Notes: generated by a model not told the origin, from the sequence alone. Counted from the stretch's first letter, positions 1 through 10,859 are shown. The stretch is DNA of 64,000 nt from an uncultured Gemmatimonadales bacterium (GCA_963842945.1 CAWJIM010000006.1:96001-160000), one strand, 5' to 3'. Translations and numbers: made by a program.

Positions 1-1
1 G

Positions 2-995
2 TGGGATGGCTTCCGCTCGATCGTATTTCGCAGCGAGTCGGAGGTGTACATCCAGAGCCGCGACCTCCGGCCGTTCGATCGCTACTTCCCCGAGCTGCAC
101 GAAAGCCTGCTGGAAAATGTGCCTTCGGGTTGCGTACTCGACGGAGAGATCGTGATCATGACCCCGCGCGGCCTCGACTTCGACCTCCTCCAGCTCCGGC
201 TACATCCGGCGGCCTCGCGCGTAGCCAAACTGGCGAAGGAGACGCCGGCCTCGTTTGTGGCCTTCGATCTCCTGGCGCTGGATGGCAAGAGTCTGATGGA
301 TGCTCCCCAGCATGAGCGCAGGCGGCACTTGGAGCGCCTGGCGGCAAAGCTCGGTCCTCCGGTCTACATCACCCCCATGACCACCGACCGGAAAAAGGCG
401 CTCCGGTGGCTGGATCAGTTCGAGGGTGCCGGCCTGGATGGGGTCATCGCCAAGCCGGCCGACAGCCGGTACCAGCCGGGCAAGCGGGCCATGCTGAAGA
501 TCAAACACGTGCGCACAGCGGACTGCGTGGTGGCGGGGTTCCGCTGGCACAAGACGGGAAAGGGTGTGGTGGGATCGTTGCTGCTGGGTCTCTACGATAA
601 CCGAGGCGTGCTGCAGCACGTCGGCGTGACCTCATCATTCACCATGGCCATGCGACGGGAACTCGCCGTCGAGCTCGCCCCCCTCCGCGAAAATGCTTTC
701 GAGAATCACCCCTGGAAGGAGTGGGCCCAGGTAGACGGGAGTGAGACCGACCGCATGCCGGGAGCCCAGAGCCGCTGGAGCGCCGGGAAAGAATCTCTCC
801 TGGGAGCCGCTCCGGATCGAGCGGGTGGTCGAGGTCAAATACGACCACCTGCAGGGCGACCGCTTCCGCCATGCCACCACCTTCCTCCGCTGGCGGCCTG
901 ATAAGGACCCGAAAGACTGCCGCTACGATCAGCTCGAGGTCACCCGAGCCTACGATTTGGAGAAGGTCTTCTCGTCGGGATCGAGCGGCTCCTGA
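2..995 (+). CDS. ligC: ATP-dependent DNA ligase, LigC-type (5' end outside window; frameshift ~790)
   Basis: Frame 2 reads WDGFR (motif I tail) from base 2, then LDGEIV, FVAFDLL, DGVIAK, MLKIKH. The C-terminus EPLRIERVVEVKYDHLQGDRFRH...WRPDK lies in another frame ending at 995. Confidence 0.9.
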
Positions 996-2233
996 ACCGG
1001 CCGGAGGTCGGACGGGACGTGCTGCAGGTTTACCCGGATCCGGGTCCAGGTGGTGAAGCGGCCGCGCATGGAGTCGACCAGGACATCGGCGGGCTCCAGG
1101 TGTGAAGCGGCTTGAGGATGACGTTCCTTCCAGCGCTCGAGTCCGGCGAGCGCGTCTTCCTTCCGCTGGGCGCGACCGATCTCGATCAGGGGAAACTTCG
1201 AAGTTCGGCGTTTGGAGGGCTGCACTCGGGCCGGCTCACCCTCCTGTTTCTGGTAGTGGGGAGGCCAGGGGGCATCGCCCAACCCCTCGCGCTCGTGTTC
1301 GGCCGACAGCTGCAACAGGGCCTCGAGTGATCCGGCGTGCTGGTCGATGGCGGCATGGCGGTCTCCAATGCTGGCAAAGCGGGCCGGCATGGTGGCCAGG
1401 GTAAAGTCACCGGGCTCGCAGGTCTCCACCTCTTCCCAGCTGAGCGGAGCCGACACCGGCGCTTCGGGTTTGGGGCGGACCGAATAGGCCGAGGCTACGG
1501 TCCGGTCCTTGGCGTTCTGGTTGTAGTCCACGAATACCCCGTGCCGCTCCTCCTTCCACCATTTGCTGGTGGCGATGGCGGGCGCGCGCCGCTCCACCTC
1601 CCGGGCCAGCGCCAGAGCGGCACGCCGCACTTGATCGAAGTTCCACCGGCGCTCGATCCGCACATTCACATGGATGCCGCGCGAGCCCGAGGTCTTGGGC
1701 CATCCGGTCAGGCCGAAGTCCCGGAGCGTGTGGTTCACGATTCCGGCGACGTCACGCACCTGCTGCCAGCTCACTCCGGGGACCGGATCGAGGTCGACCC
1801 GGAGCTCATCGGGGTGCTCCAGATCGTCGGCCCGGACCGGATGAGGATGCAGCTCGAGGCAGCCGAGGTTGGCCAGCCAAGCCAGGGCCGCGGCGTCCCT
1901 CGGCACCACCTCATCGGCGCTCCGCCCCGAGGGAAAGCGGAGCGAGACCACCTCGATCCAGGGCGGCCGGGATTCCGGGGCACGCTTCTGATAGAAGTGC
2001 TCGCTGGCGATGCCGTTGGGGTAGCGCACCAGCATGTTCGGCCGGCCGCCGGCGCCCCGGAGGGCGCCGTCGGCCACGGCGAGATAGTAGCGCACTACGT
2101 CGAGCTTCGTGTACTTCCGCTCGGGAAAGAGCACCTTGCCCGGATTCGTGACTGCGACCTCGTGCTCCCCGATCACGAGCAGCTCGGGCCCGCTCCCCTT
2201 TGAGCTCGAGGACTTGCTCCTCGGTTTTGCCAT
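950..2233 (-). CDS. Stand-alone AEP primase-polymerase (LigD polymerase domain / Prim-PolC-like)
   Basis: RYPNG, FYQKRAP, ELRVDLDP, KTSGSRGIH, FVDYNQNAKDRTVASAYSVRP motifs; adjacent to ligC. Confidence 0.92.
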   Translation of the reverse strand: MAKPRSKSSSSKGSGPELLVIGEHEVAVTNPGKVLFPERKYTKLDVVRYYLAVADGALRGAGGRPNMLVRYPNGIASEHFYQKRAPESRPPWIEVVSLRFPSGRSADEVVPRDAAALAWLANLGCLELHPHPVRADDLEHPDELRVDLDPVPGVSWQQVRDVAGIVNHTLRDFGLTGWPKTSGSRGIHVNVRIERRWNFDQVRRAALALAREVERRAPAIATSKWWKEERHGVFVDYNQNAKDRTVASAYSVRPKPEAPVSAPLSWEEVETCEPGDFTLATMPARFASIGDRHAAIDQHAGSLEALLQLSAEHEREGLGDAPWPPHYQKQEGEPARVQPSKRRTSKFPLIEIGRAQRKEDALAGLERWKERHPQAASHLEPADVLVDSMRGRFTTWTRIRVNLQHVPSDLRPVQEPLDPDEKTFSKS

Positions 2234-2278
2234 ACCGGAAAGGATACTCTTGCCCGGGAACTCTGTCCCGGTCCCGGC

Positions 2279-3322
2279 TTACGGGATGTACAGCTCGCTT
2301 TCGTGCGGCTCCAGTGGCGGAGGGGGACCGGCTCCCTCACTTCCACCTACCGCCAGGAGGCGGAAGTTGCCGTTGAGGCTGACCCGAACCATGGCGTCGT
2401 GCGCATGCGCCGGTGCCGCCCGGGCGCTCCAGGTATTGGTCTCGGGGTTATAGGCGTAAGTGTGCAGCCCGTCGCCTCCGCTCACGGTCACGAAGAGCTT
2501 CCCTTGTATCACGTCGGCAATGGCCGCTCCAGCCGTGGGAATCGGAGCCAGCGACTTCCAGCTATTGGATCCGGGGTCATACACGTCCAGATTGGCGACC
2601 GGATCGAAGTCGTGGAAGCCGCCGACAACGTAGAGCTTGCCATCGATGACTCCGGCTGCGCCTCTTCGGTGGTACTGCGGCGCCTGTCGCCGGCTGGTCC
2701 AGGTGTTCGCATCCGGGTCATAGCGGTAAAAGCGCCGGGTGGGCTCCTCGGCACAGTAGCCGGCGTTGGGATACTGGTCGCCGGAGCAGGCACCCGGAAG
2801 CACGTAGAGCTTGCCGGCAATCACGCCGGAAACTCCTTCGGCACCGAAGATGGGAAGATCCGCCTTCCTGCTCATCCGGTCCCTGCCGTAGTCATAGGCC
2901 CAGACTGCTTTGGTGAAACTGGAGGGCGTCTCGACCGCATTGTAGCCGCCGGTGAAGTAGATCCTGCTTCCCAGTTTCTCGGCTCCATTGGAGCCGAATA
3001 CCCCGACCCGCGACATCATCCGGGTCCAGGTATCGGTGGCCGAATTGTAGGCCGTTACGCCAAAGCCGGTCCCCCCTTGACCATCGGTGCCCCCCATGAG
3101 GTACACGATGGATTGGCCGGCGGAGTTGGGCGCCATGGCAGCAAAGGCGTCGAAGAGACCGGGAACCGGATAGGCGGCTTTAGGGGTCCAGCTGTTGACG
3201 GCACTTAGCGCCGCTGCGATGGGCGAGGCATCCTCGGAATCGGCGGGCTGAGTCGGGATATCGGCGGTGCAGCCCAGTATCAGAAGTGCCCCGAGGCATG
3301 CAACGAGATTGAGAAGCTTCAT
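2279..3322 (-). CDS. Kelch-repeat beta-propeller lipoprotein
   Basis: Lipobox signal MKLLNLVACLGALLILGC; repeated GKLYVVGG / YDP..N.W kelch motifs. Confidence 0.85.
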   Translation of the reverse strand: MKLLNLVACLGALLILGCTADIPTQPADSEDASPIAAALSAVNSWTPKAAYPVPGLFDAFAAMAPNSAGQSIVYLMGGTDGQGGTGFGVTAYNSATDTWTRMMSRVGVFGSNGAEKLGSRIYFTGGYNAVETPSSFTKAVWAYDYGRDRMSRKADLPIFGAEGVSGVIAGKLYVLPGACSGDQYPNAGYCAEEPTRRFYRYDPDANTWTSRRQAPQYHRRGAAGVIDGKLYVVGGFHDFDPVANLDVYDPGSNSWKSLAPIPTAGAAIADVIQGKLFVTVSGGDGLHTYAYNPETNTWSARAAPAHAHDAMVRVSLNGNFRLLAVGGSEGAGPPPPLEPHESELYIP

Positions 3323-3387
3323 GGACCTGCTCCTTTCGAGAAGCGGTCGCGCTGGAGTCCAGGAGATGTGATTCTTGCGGCGCAGGA

Positions 3388-4188
3388 TCAAGCAGCAGTC
3401 AAGCCGATTATTAACCAGAGTCCCCAGCCGATCAGCAGCAGGGCGGCCGCCCGACCCACCAGTCGCCCTCGGGGGAGGAGCTTCTCGACCAGCACGAACA
3501 CCGCGATGGCAATGACCCAGAGCAGGTTCATCACCCCCGCGACGAAAAGCAGCGCCATCAAGGCCCAGCAGCAGCCTACGCAGTAGGTCCCATGCTCGAG
3601 TCCCATCAGGAGGGCACCCCAACTGCCCTCCCGCCAGTGATCGCTGAAGAACCCCAGGGGAGAGCGGCAGTGAGAGAGGCACGCTCCCTTGGCCGGCAGC
3701 CACTGATAGATGCCCGCCAGGAGGAGAAGTCCTCCACCCAGGAGCGGGCTTGCGGCGGCCATGGCCGGAGAGAGGAGGGCAAGCCGGTGCAGCTGCCACT
3801 GCGTGGTCGCGGCGATCGTGGCGTACAACGCCCAAACCAGCAGGTACCCCAGGGTAAACACCGCGGCGGACGCGGTGGGCACGTTGCGGATCTTGCGCTG
3901 CCGTGCGACGCCGGCAAAGAGCAGAATCATGGGAGCGGCCGATGGGATCATCATTGCCACCATCATCACGATCCACATCGGCACCAGCCAGGAGAGCTGC
4001 GGCCCGCTGGACTCAGCGGGCAGCGGCATCGCCATGCCAGCCGGCATTGCGGAGGACATCGTGCGACTCATGTGGATGATGTATCCCCAGGCCAGGGCGG
4101 CAAGGAAGGCGAGGCCGCCGGCGACAACCAGCCGATCCCGGCGGAGGATCTGGTCAATGAGCCCCGGGCCGGCCGTGGTGCTGCTCAT
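3388..4188 (-). CDS. DUF2182 predicted metal-binding integral membrane protein
   Basis: MWIVMMVAMMIPS, YQWLPAKGACLSHCRSP, YCVGCCWALM motifs. Confidence 0.9.
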   Translation of the reverse strand: MSSTTAGPGLIDQILRRDRLVVAGGLAFLAALAWGYIIHMSRTMSSAMPAGMAMPLPAESSGPQLSWLVPMWIVMMVAMMIPSAAPMILLFAGVARQRKIRNVPTASAAVFTLGYLLVWALYATIAATTQWQLHRLALLSPAMAAASPLLGGGLLLLAGIYQWLPAKGACLSHCRSPLGFFSDHWREGSWGALLMGLEHGTYCVGCCWALMALLFVAGVMNLLWVIAIAVFVLVEKLLPRGRLVGRAAALLLIGWGLWLIIGLTAA

Positions 4189-4197
4189 CAGGGGAAG

Positions 4198-4824
4198 CTA
4201 CCGCTGATTGGTCCAGGTCGTGATGGCGTAGCTGGCGAATCCGCCCCCGTGGCGGAACTTGAACGGACCGTAATTGACCTCGAGCGCCTCGGTGGTCGCG
4301 ATGTTGCCCGTGTTCCAGAAGAAGCCACCCTTGGGATAGACGATCTGCACCTCCTTGTCCTGACCCGACACGGCATCGCGAATGGGAGTTTGCCTGAGCT
4401 CCAGCACGCCGGGAATTCGATAGCTCGAGCGGGTGCCGTTCACCTTCATCTCGATCGGCTTGCGTACCGGTCCCTCCAGCACCGCGATCGTCCCTGCCAG
4501 TGCCTCAAACGGCATCCCTCCAGCCTGGCCCGAGAGAATCATGGCGATCGCCTCGGCCTGCTTGTCGCTGGCCTTGTCGTCGATGAACACCGCGACCTTC
4601 CCGTTCCCCTGGTGGATGGCCTTGGGATAGTCGATGGCCAGCACATAGCGGACTCCATTGAGCACAACATCGCCGTACTTCCCTTCCTTTACTTCTCCTC
4701 CGATCAGTGCCTCACAGCCTCCGTCGTTGGAGGTGGGGAAGCCGGAAAACTGGCAGCCGCAGGCGGTGTCGCAGTTACAGGCTTCGATGTTGTGAACCGT
4801 AATCCGGTAAGGCACGGGCGCCAT
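4198..4824 (-). CDS. DUF1326 domain protein
   Basis: EACNCDTACGC Cys cluster and IDDKASDKQAEAIAMILSGQAGG; usual partner of DUF2182. Confidence 0.88.
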   Translation of the reverse strand: MAPVPYRITVHNIEACNCDTACGCQFSGFPTSNDGGCEALIGGEVKEGKYGDVVLNGVRYVLAIDYPKAIHQGNGKVAVFIDDKASDKQAEAIAMILSGQAGGMPFEALAGTIAVLEGPVRKPIEMKVNGTRSSYRIPGVLELRQTPIRDAVSGQDKEVQIVYPKGGFFWNTGNIATTEALEVNYGPFKFRHGGGFASYAITTWTNQR

Positions 4825-5053
4825 CTGTCTGTCTCCTGACGAAACGAGTGATAAGACCGGCACGCGCAAGGATACCCACCAGGTTGGCCGAGCACCTGGT
4901 TGACGATCCCAGATAGATATGTCGGTTGGGATGCGCGGGGAAGAACGGCTGGAGGATATCCCGGGGCGGTAGGTGATTCCGGCGGGGTGTGGGCCGAGCA
5001 GCTCGGGTCCGCGTGGTATCGAAGCTGCGGACCCAGAGCTGCCCGTCGCCGGA

Positions 5054-5570
5054 CTATTTCTTGACCTCGAGCTGTACGACCTCGGGATGGCCGTAGGCCC
5101 CCATCCCCAGGGTCTTCGTGATCTCCACGGCGTTCGGCTGCGTGGTTACGATGAGCAGCGCCGATTCGCTGGGATTGAACATGCCTAAGACTTTTTTCAG
5201 ATCCTCTTCCGACAAGCGTGTGGCCCCGGCCTTTACTGCGTAAGCCTGAGCCGAATCGGTGCTCGCTCAGGCGCGCGATCGCGCTGTCTACCGTCTGGCT
5301 TGACTGGACGCCGGTGACGGAATTGCCCCTATGGTGCCTCATCCGGGTGTCCACTTTCCCTTCCGAATCCTTGATGAGCACGGCGTAGGCTTCGATCTGG
5401 TCCTTGGCCGAGTTACTCATGCGCTTCACAGCGCTCTCGGCTCCGGTTGTATCATGCCAAACCGCGAAGACCAGCTTGACCGGCGCCTCGGACTGGGCCT
5501 GTAGTGACCACGGACTGGCAACCAGTAGAGATGAGGCAAGTGAAAGGTACAACGCGCGATAGGTGCTCAT
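5054..5570 (-). CDS. Secreted hypothetical protein (frameshift/deletion ~5250); paralog of 25854-26385
   Basis: Signal peptide MSTYRALYLSLASSLLVASPWSLQA. EAYAVLIKD..GKV and RLSEEDLKKVLGMFNPSESALL align with the second copy. Confidence 0.7.
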
Positions 5571-5621
5571 GCTCTTCTCCATCAGGTTGGGAATCGGGGG
5601 GATGGACTGCACGCCGTGTCC

Positions 5622-5668
5622 AATTTAGGAACAGAAAACGAGTTCCACACCTCGATGTTAGTGCAGGT
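5622..5668 (-). promoter_or_regulatory. ACCT-N12-AGGT box (5649-5668) plus -10 TAAATT
   Basis: The same box and 21-bp spacing to a -10-like hexamer recur at 26438-26484 and 56191-56238. Confidence 0.6.
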
Positions 5669-5774
5669 ATCCGATTGACCTAGCCTTTCGTGTAGTTGGC
5701 CGCCCTTCCAGCGCTCCCCATATTTGCCCCATATTGGGTTTTTTCCTGACTCTAGTCTGACGAGACCTCGTGTG

Positions 5775-6455
5775 ATGCGCTCATCCACGCGTAACTGGTG
5801 CGTCCGCTACGGCCTTCTGCTGCTTTGCTTTCTCCCCCTGATAGCGTTAGGCACCGCCTGCCATCCCGGCGAACCGACCGGACCTGCCCAGCTGGATGTC
5901 GTCGCTACCGCCCACGACGACACGGTGAACTTCGCCAGCATCGGAACATTCGTCATGCCGGACTCCGTGGTCGAGATTGTCCCTCCGGAAAGCGTGGCCA
6001 CCACTCTGCCCTTCGATCACACCTACGATCAGCTGATTCTCGATGGTGTTGCCGCTCAAATGGCCACTCTGGGCTACACCCGGCTTCCGAGTTTCGATCC
6101 CAACAACCCGCCCGACGTAGCGGTGTTAATCAAAGCGGTTGCGGTCAGAAATACCGACATCTATGTCAGCTATCCGTGGTGGGGCTACTGGGGATGGTAC
6201 GGTTGGCCTTGCTGCTACGGCCCAGGCTGGGGGGTCGGATATCCCGTGGTGAGCGCGTCGCAGTATGACGTTGGTACCATTGCGATCGACATGTGGGACC
6301 TTCGGCGAAGCGACGTAGTAGCGCAAACAGTACCGGCTATCTGGACCGCCGCGCTTCGAGGACTGCTCGAAGGCTCTGCAACCGATGCCCCGTTTCGCAT
6401 AGACCAGGCCATCGATCGCGCCTTTGCTCAGTCACCCTATCTCGGCCATCCGTAG
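5775..6455 (+). CDS. DUF4136-like lipoprotein
   Basis: Lipobox GTAC, W/G/Y-rich loop WWGYWGWYGWP, YDVGTIAIDM, IDRAFAQSPYL. Confidence 0.8.
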   Translation: MRSSTRNWCVRYGLLLLCFLPLIALGTACHPGEPTGPAQLDVVATAHDDTVNFASIGTFVMPDSVVEIVPPESVATTLPFDHTYDQLILDGVAAQMATLGYTRLPSFDPNNPPDVAVLIKAVAVRNTDIYVSYPWWGYWGWYGWPCCYGPGWGVGYPVVSASQYDVGTIAIDMWDLRRSDVVAQTVPAIWTAALRGLLEGSATDAPFRIDQAIDRAFAQSPYLGHP

Positions 6456-6470
6456 AGGAGCAGACACACC

Positions 6471-7073
6471 ATGCGAGCAATCCGCCGGATCATGGCGTTT
6501 GCCCTTCTGCCCGCGGTCCTCAGTGTGTCGCCGGCCTCCGCACAATGGTGGACGGCAATCAGTTATCAGCCTGCCCAGCCAATGGCAAACACCCAGGAGT
6601 TTACCGATGCATTTGCCTGGCGGGGCATAGGGCTCGACTTCAAAAAGCAGATGAATGACAACGTGGCGCTGGGTCTCAGCTTCGCGTGGCAGGTGTTCGA
6701 CCAACAGACCGACGAGGTGGTATCGGCGTTCGGGGTGGACATAAGCGGGGATCAGTTCCGTTACGTGAACTCCTTTCCGATGCTGGCCAACGTCTCCTAC
6801 TTTCTCGGCAGTCCGGGTAACGTCCGGCCGTATCTCGCTGCCAACGTAGGGACCATTGTCCTGGAGCAACGTATGGATGTCGGTCTGTACTCGATCCACG
6901 AGACGAACTGGCACTTCGGCTTTGGCCCCGAAGCCGGGCTTGCCATTCCGGTTCGCCCCGGACTGGCCGCGGTGCTGAGCAGCCGATACAACTACGCACT
7001 GTCCGCTGGAAACGTCGACGACCAGTCGTACGTGAGCTTCGGCCTCGGTCTCGCGTGGACTCACGGATACTGA
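6471..7073 (+). CDS. Outer-membrane beta-barrel protein (OmpW/OmpA-TM-like)
   Basis: Signal peptide, amphipathic strands, RPYLAANVG, aromatic C-terminus; GAGGAG RBS. Confidence 0.8.
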   Translation: MRAIRRIMAFALLPAVLSVSPASAQWWTAISYQPAQPMANTQEFTDAFAWRGIGLDFKKQMNDNVALGLSFAWQVFDQQTDEVVSAFGVDISGDQFRYVNSFPMLANVSYFLGSPGNVRPYLAANVGTIVLEQRMDVGLYSIHETNWHFGFGPEAGLAIPVRPGLAAVLSSRYNYALSAGNVDDQSYVSFGLGLAWTHGY

Positions 7074-7149
7074 TGTGCCTGGGTTAGCCTCCCGAGAGTA
7101 AGGCAGCTCGTCCATTCATCTCGACTCACCCACAGCCAGGTAGGACACC

Positions 7150-7995
7150 ACGGTCTCTGCCATCCGCCCCATTCAGTCGATATTCCATCCGTCTGACTTC
7201 TCCGAAGGCAGCGAGGTGGCGTTTGCGCACGCGCTCAAGATCGCGCTCGCTGCCCAAGCCGGACTCGACATGCTCCACGTTTCGGAACAGCGGAATCAGA
7301 GCTGGACCGAATTCCCGGGTGTCCGCGAAACACTCGAGCGTTGGCAGCTGTTGCCTCCCAACAGCCCGCGCAAGGCGGTAGCCTCGCTGGGAATCGATGT
7401 GCGGAAGGTCGTGAAGAAGGACTCCGATCCGGTCCGGGCGGCGGAGCGGTTCCTCGAGAAAAACCCGACCGATCTGGTGGTGCTTGCGGCGCACGCCCAG
7501 CAGGGTCATATGCGCTGGACTCGCAGCTCGGTGTCTCAACCGATTGCCCGGGCAGCGGCGGCGGCTACGCTCTTCCTCCCGTATGGAACTCAGGGCTTCG
7601 TATCCCAGGCCGATGGGAGCTCTTCTCTTCGGAGCATCCTGCTGCCGGTTGACACGGCACCCCGGCCGGAGCCGGCAATGGAAGCCGCCTGGCGGCTGGC
7701 GTGGGCCCTCCACTGTCCGGAGGTCACCTTCACTCTGCTGCATGTGGGCCGAGCCGAAATCCCTTCCGTCGAGGCCGAGGAGCAGCCCGGCTGGACCTGG
7801 AAGAAGGTGACCCGGGACGGCGACGTGGTGGATGCTATCGTTGCCGTGGCCGGCGAGTGCGCGGCGGACCTCATTGTCATGACCACGGCCGGGCGCAACG
7901 GTTTCCTCGACGCCCTGCGGGGATCCACGACCGAGCGCGTGTTGCGCAGCGGAGTCGCACCGCTCCTCGCTATTCCAGCCGCCGCGCTGATGTAA
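7150..7995 (+). CDS. Tandem-domain universal stress protein (start uncertain)
   Basis: IQSIFHPSDFS..AFAHAL, DLVVLAAH, SILLPVD, DLIVMTTAGRNG..GSTTERVLR. Confidence 0.85.
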   Translation, partial: TVSAIRPIQSIFHPSDFSEGSEVAFAHALKIALAAQAGLDMLHVSEQRNQSWTEFPGVRETLERWQLLPPNSPRKAVASLGIDVRKVVKKDSDPVRAAERFLEKNPTDLVVLAAHAQQGHMRWTRSSVSQPIARAAAAATLFLPYGTQGFVSQADGSSSLRSILLPVDTAPRPEPAMEAAWRLAWALHCPEVTFTLLHVGRAEIPSVEAEEQPGWTWKKVTRDGDVVDAIVAVAGECAADLIVMTTAGRNGFLDALRGSTTERVLRSGVAPLLAIPAAALM

Positions 7996-8004
7996 GGACT
8001 GGCC

Positions 8005-9312
8005 TTGCCTACTCGCCGGCTCGCGGCTGCCCTCGCCGGCCTTGCTATTCTCGGTGCAGGGGCCTGGATGGTCCTGACCGTGGGCAGCCCTTTCCCTCCA
8101 CATACGCTCATAATGGTCACCGGCCCAAGGGCAGCGCCTACGATGAGCTCGGGGTCCGCTACCAGGAGGTGCTCCGGCGCGCGGGGATCGATCTGCAGGT
8201 GATTCGCACTGAGGGCGGGGTGAAGAACCTCGCACGCCTGCAGGACCCTGCGGGCGAAGTGAAGGTTGGCTTCCTGGAGAGCGGACTGACGAACCAGAAG
8301 GAGTCGCCCGAGCTGGTTTCACTCGGCACGGTCTCGCTCGAACCGCTTTGGTCCTTCTTCCGCGGCGGAACGCAGGGAAACGGAGCCCGAGCAAAGCTCA
8401 CGAGCAAACGCATCTCCATCGAGCCCGAAGGCAGCGCGACGCGGGTCCTGGCTCGACGGCTGCTGGCGCTCAACGGTGTGGCCGAGACGAGCGTCGTGTT
8501 GCTCGGCCTCCCTCCGGAGCAAAGCGCCGAAGCGTTATTGCGTGGGGAAATCGACGGCGCCGTAATGCTGAGCTCGTGGCAGTCGCCGGTGGTGCGGAAG
8601 CTTCTGGTGGCCGACGGCGTTGTGCTCGAGAGCTATCCCCGCGCAGACGCATACGTCGCGCTGTTTCCCAGCCTCTATAAGGTGGTGCTCCCCACCGGCG
8701 TCGCAGACCTGGCGAGGAATATCCCGCCGCGGGACGTGACCCTGCTCGCCGTTGAGACAAGTTTGGTGGTGCGGAAGAACCTCCACCCTGGGCTGCAGTA
8801 CCTGCTACTCGAGGCTGCCTCCGAGATCCATGGCGGCCCGGAGATCTTCCACAAGGCCGGCCGATTCCCTGCTGCCGAGGCGGTCAACCTGCCCTTGAGT
8901 ACCCAGGCACGGGAGTTCTATCAGTCGGGCCTGCCGTTCGTCTATCAGGTGCTGCCGCTGTGGTTGGCGGGCATAACCCAGCGGCTACTGATCCTCCTGA
9001 TTCCGCTGTTTGTCATCGTCTTTCCTGCGGTCCGGTTCCTGCCCGCCATCTACTCATACATGATCGAGCGCCGGATCTACAAACTCTATGGCGAGCTAAT
9101 GATGCTGGAAGCGGAGTTGGACCGGGCCGGGCTCTGGCCCACCCCCATACGATCTGGTCGCAGGGCTGGAAGACCTGGGGAGGCGGGCGAACCGCCTGTC
9201 GGTCCCGCTGAGCTTCACCCAGCGGCTGTTCATCCTGAAGAGCCATATTGCCCAGGCCAGGGACGAGGTGGAGAAGCGGCAAGGAGGAGTGCCCGCCGGT
9301 GCCAGGGGGTAA
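8005..9312 (+). CDS. TAXI-family TRAP solute-binding protein with C-terminal membrane segment (frameshifts ~8128, ~9145)
   Basis: TGPKGSAY, TEGGVKNLARL, EPLW, ISIEPEGSATR, VLPTGVADLARNIP; C-terminal LPLWLA..LLILLIPL. Confidence 0.8.
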
Positions 9313-9622
9313 GGCTAGCTGAGAACAGACGATCAGGCCGATGGCTAGGAAGGCTTATTCGCCAGCGGGAGTGAGACGATCACGGTGGCGCCCCGGTCTG
9401 GATTGTTGACCGCTGCACATGGGAGCACGTATGCGGTGAACAATGACAAAAGGCGCGGAAGAACTTCATACCGCCTCGCACTAGTCTGCGGGACCATTGA
9501 GCGGTTCGGTGATGTATACCAAAGTCCAGTGCCTTCATGAGCGCCGGGCGCAGACATTTGGTCTGGTCAAATATCGGCGGGGCGTTCCTGCTGGGGCTGC
9601 CCCTCACTCTGGAGGAATAGCG

Positions 9623-10126
9623 ATGCACCGCATTCTGGCATGGCTCGTAGCCTCATGTCTGGTTGTCAGTTCTGCGCAGGCTCAAAGTACCGCCCAGCAG
9701 GCATCGACCACCACACCCTCATCCGCGTCCAGCGAAGAGGTGCTGAAAAACCTGCGGGCGGACATGCAGAGCAGTAGGGCAGACATCATGGCCAAAAACC
9801 TGACGCTCAGCGCCGATCAGGCGGCCAAGTTCTGGCCGGTTTTCGAGGCCTATCAGAAGCAGCAGAACACTATCATGGACGCCCAGCTCAAGGATCTGCA
9901 AAAGTACGTGGAAGGCTATAAGACGCTGGACGACGCCGGGGCACTCGCCCTCATGAGCGCGCATCTGGAGCGGGACGCCAAGATGACCGCCTTGCGGCAA
10001 AAGTGGCTGGGCGAATTCCAGAAGGTATTGCCCACGAAGCTCGCCGTGCGAGCGATGCAGATCGACCGACGACTCTCTCTGCTGGCCCAGATGGAGGTCT
10101 CCGGCCAAATTCCGTTGGTGCACTGA
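9623..10126 (+). CDS. Secreted helical hypothetical protein
   Basis: GGAGG RBS, signal peptide ending AQA, NLTLSADQAAKFWPVFEAY motif. Confidence 0.75.
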   Translation: MHRILAWLVASCLVVSSAQAQSTAQQASTTTPSSASSEEVLKNLRADMQSSRADIMAKNLTLSADQAAKFWPVFEAYQKQQNTIMDAQLKDLQKYVEGYKTLDDAGALALMSAHLERDAKMTALRQKWLGEFQKVLPTKLAVRAMQIDRRLSLLAQMEVSGQIPLVH

Positions 10127-10238
10127 GGCATCGCTCGGCCTCTGACCCATCTCCGCCGAACAGGCGAGGCGCCACACCAGGTACGCTGATGTGGCGCCTC
10201 TTGCTTTACCGCCGCGCAAACAGCAGCGGCACCCTCCC

Positions 10239-10814
10239 CTACTTGCCGGTGGAACTCTGCCCGGTCGCGGCGGCCGATGCGGTGACGTTCACCCCGATCG
10301 AACCAGCCGTCTGGGTGGCAAGGCTTAGATGCTGCTGCAGATCGGGCAGCATGCTGGAGGCTACCTGTTTCAGCAGCTGCACCTTCCCGCTCTCGGATTC
10401 CCGCTGAAATAGCCTCACCTCGTCGGCGTGCTGCGTGACCATTTCGGTCATGTAGGCCTTATCGAAGGAGGAGCGGCCCATCCGGCTGAAGCGGTCGAAT
10501 GCCTGCTGGTGCTGTCTCAGGAGGACCGGTGCCGGGAAGGCAGCCTGCTTCGCTGCTGCGGCCAAATCCTGGTTGGTCTTGGAATAGTCGCTTACCATCC
10601 GCTTGCCAAAGTCAACGACGGCCGGGCTGGAGCCTTTCTTTTCCGCCAGCTTCCCCAGCTTCACCTGCAGTAGACCAACACTCCCGGCTGTTTGAATGAA
10701 GACGCTGTCCGCAGCCAGCGACACTGGCTGCTGTGCCGCCGCCGGGGTAACGCCTGCGGCAGCGCTCAGCATCAAACCGACCAGCGCTGCGGGAACGAGC
10801 ATTTTGACGGCCAT
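10239..10814 (-). CDS. DUF4142 domain secreted protein
   Basis: Signal peptide; LGKLA.KKG...V.DFGKRMV.D, FDKAYM..MVTQH, LPDLQQHL. Confidence 0.82.
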   Translation of the reverse strand: MAVKMLVPAALVGLMLSAAAGVTPAAAQQPVSLAADSVFIQTAGSVGLLQVKLGKLAEKKGSSPAVVDFGKRMVSDYSKTNQDLAAAAKQAAFPAPVLLRQHQQAFDRFSRMGRSSFDKAYMTEMVTQHADEVRLFQRESESGKVQLLKQVASSMLPDLQQHLSLATQTAGSIGVNVTASAAATGQSSTGK

Positions 10815-10859
10815 TTCCTTCATCCTTTCCCTGTGTCGTTTTCTACTCATCGGGGGTCA

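Noticed and set aside
2279..3976. 565-aa ORF as a single protein
   Set aside because: Its first ~217 aa are an off-frame overlap with DUF2182; the real start is the lipoprotein ATG at 3322
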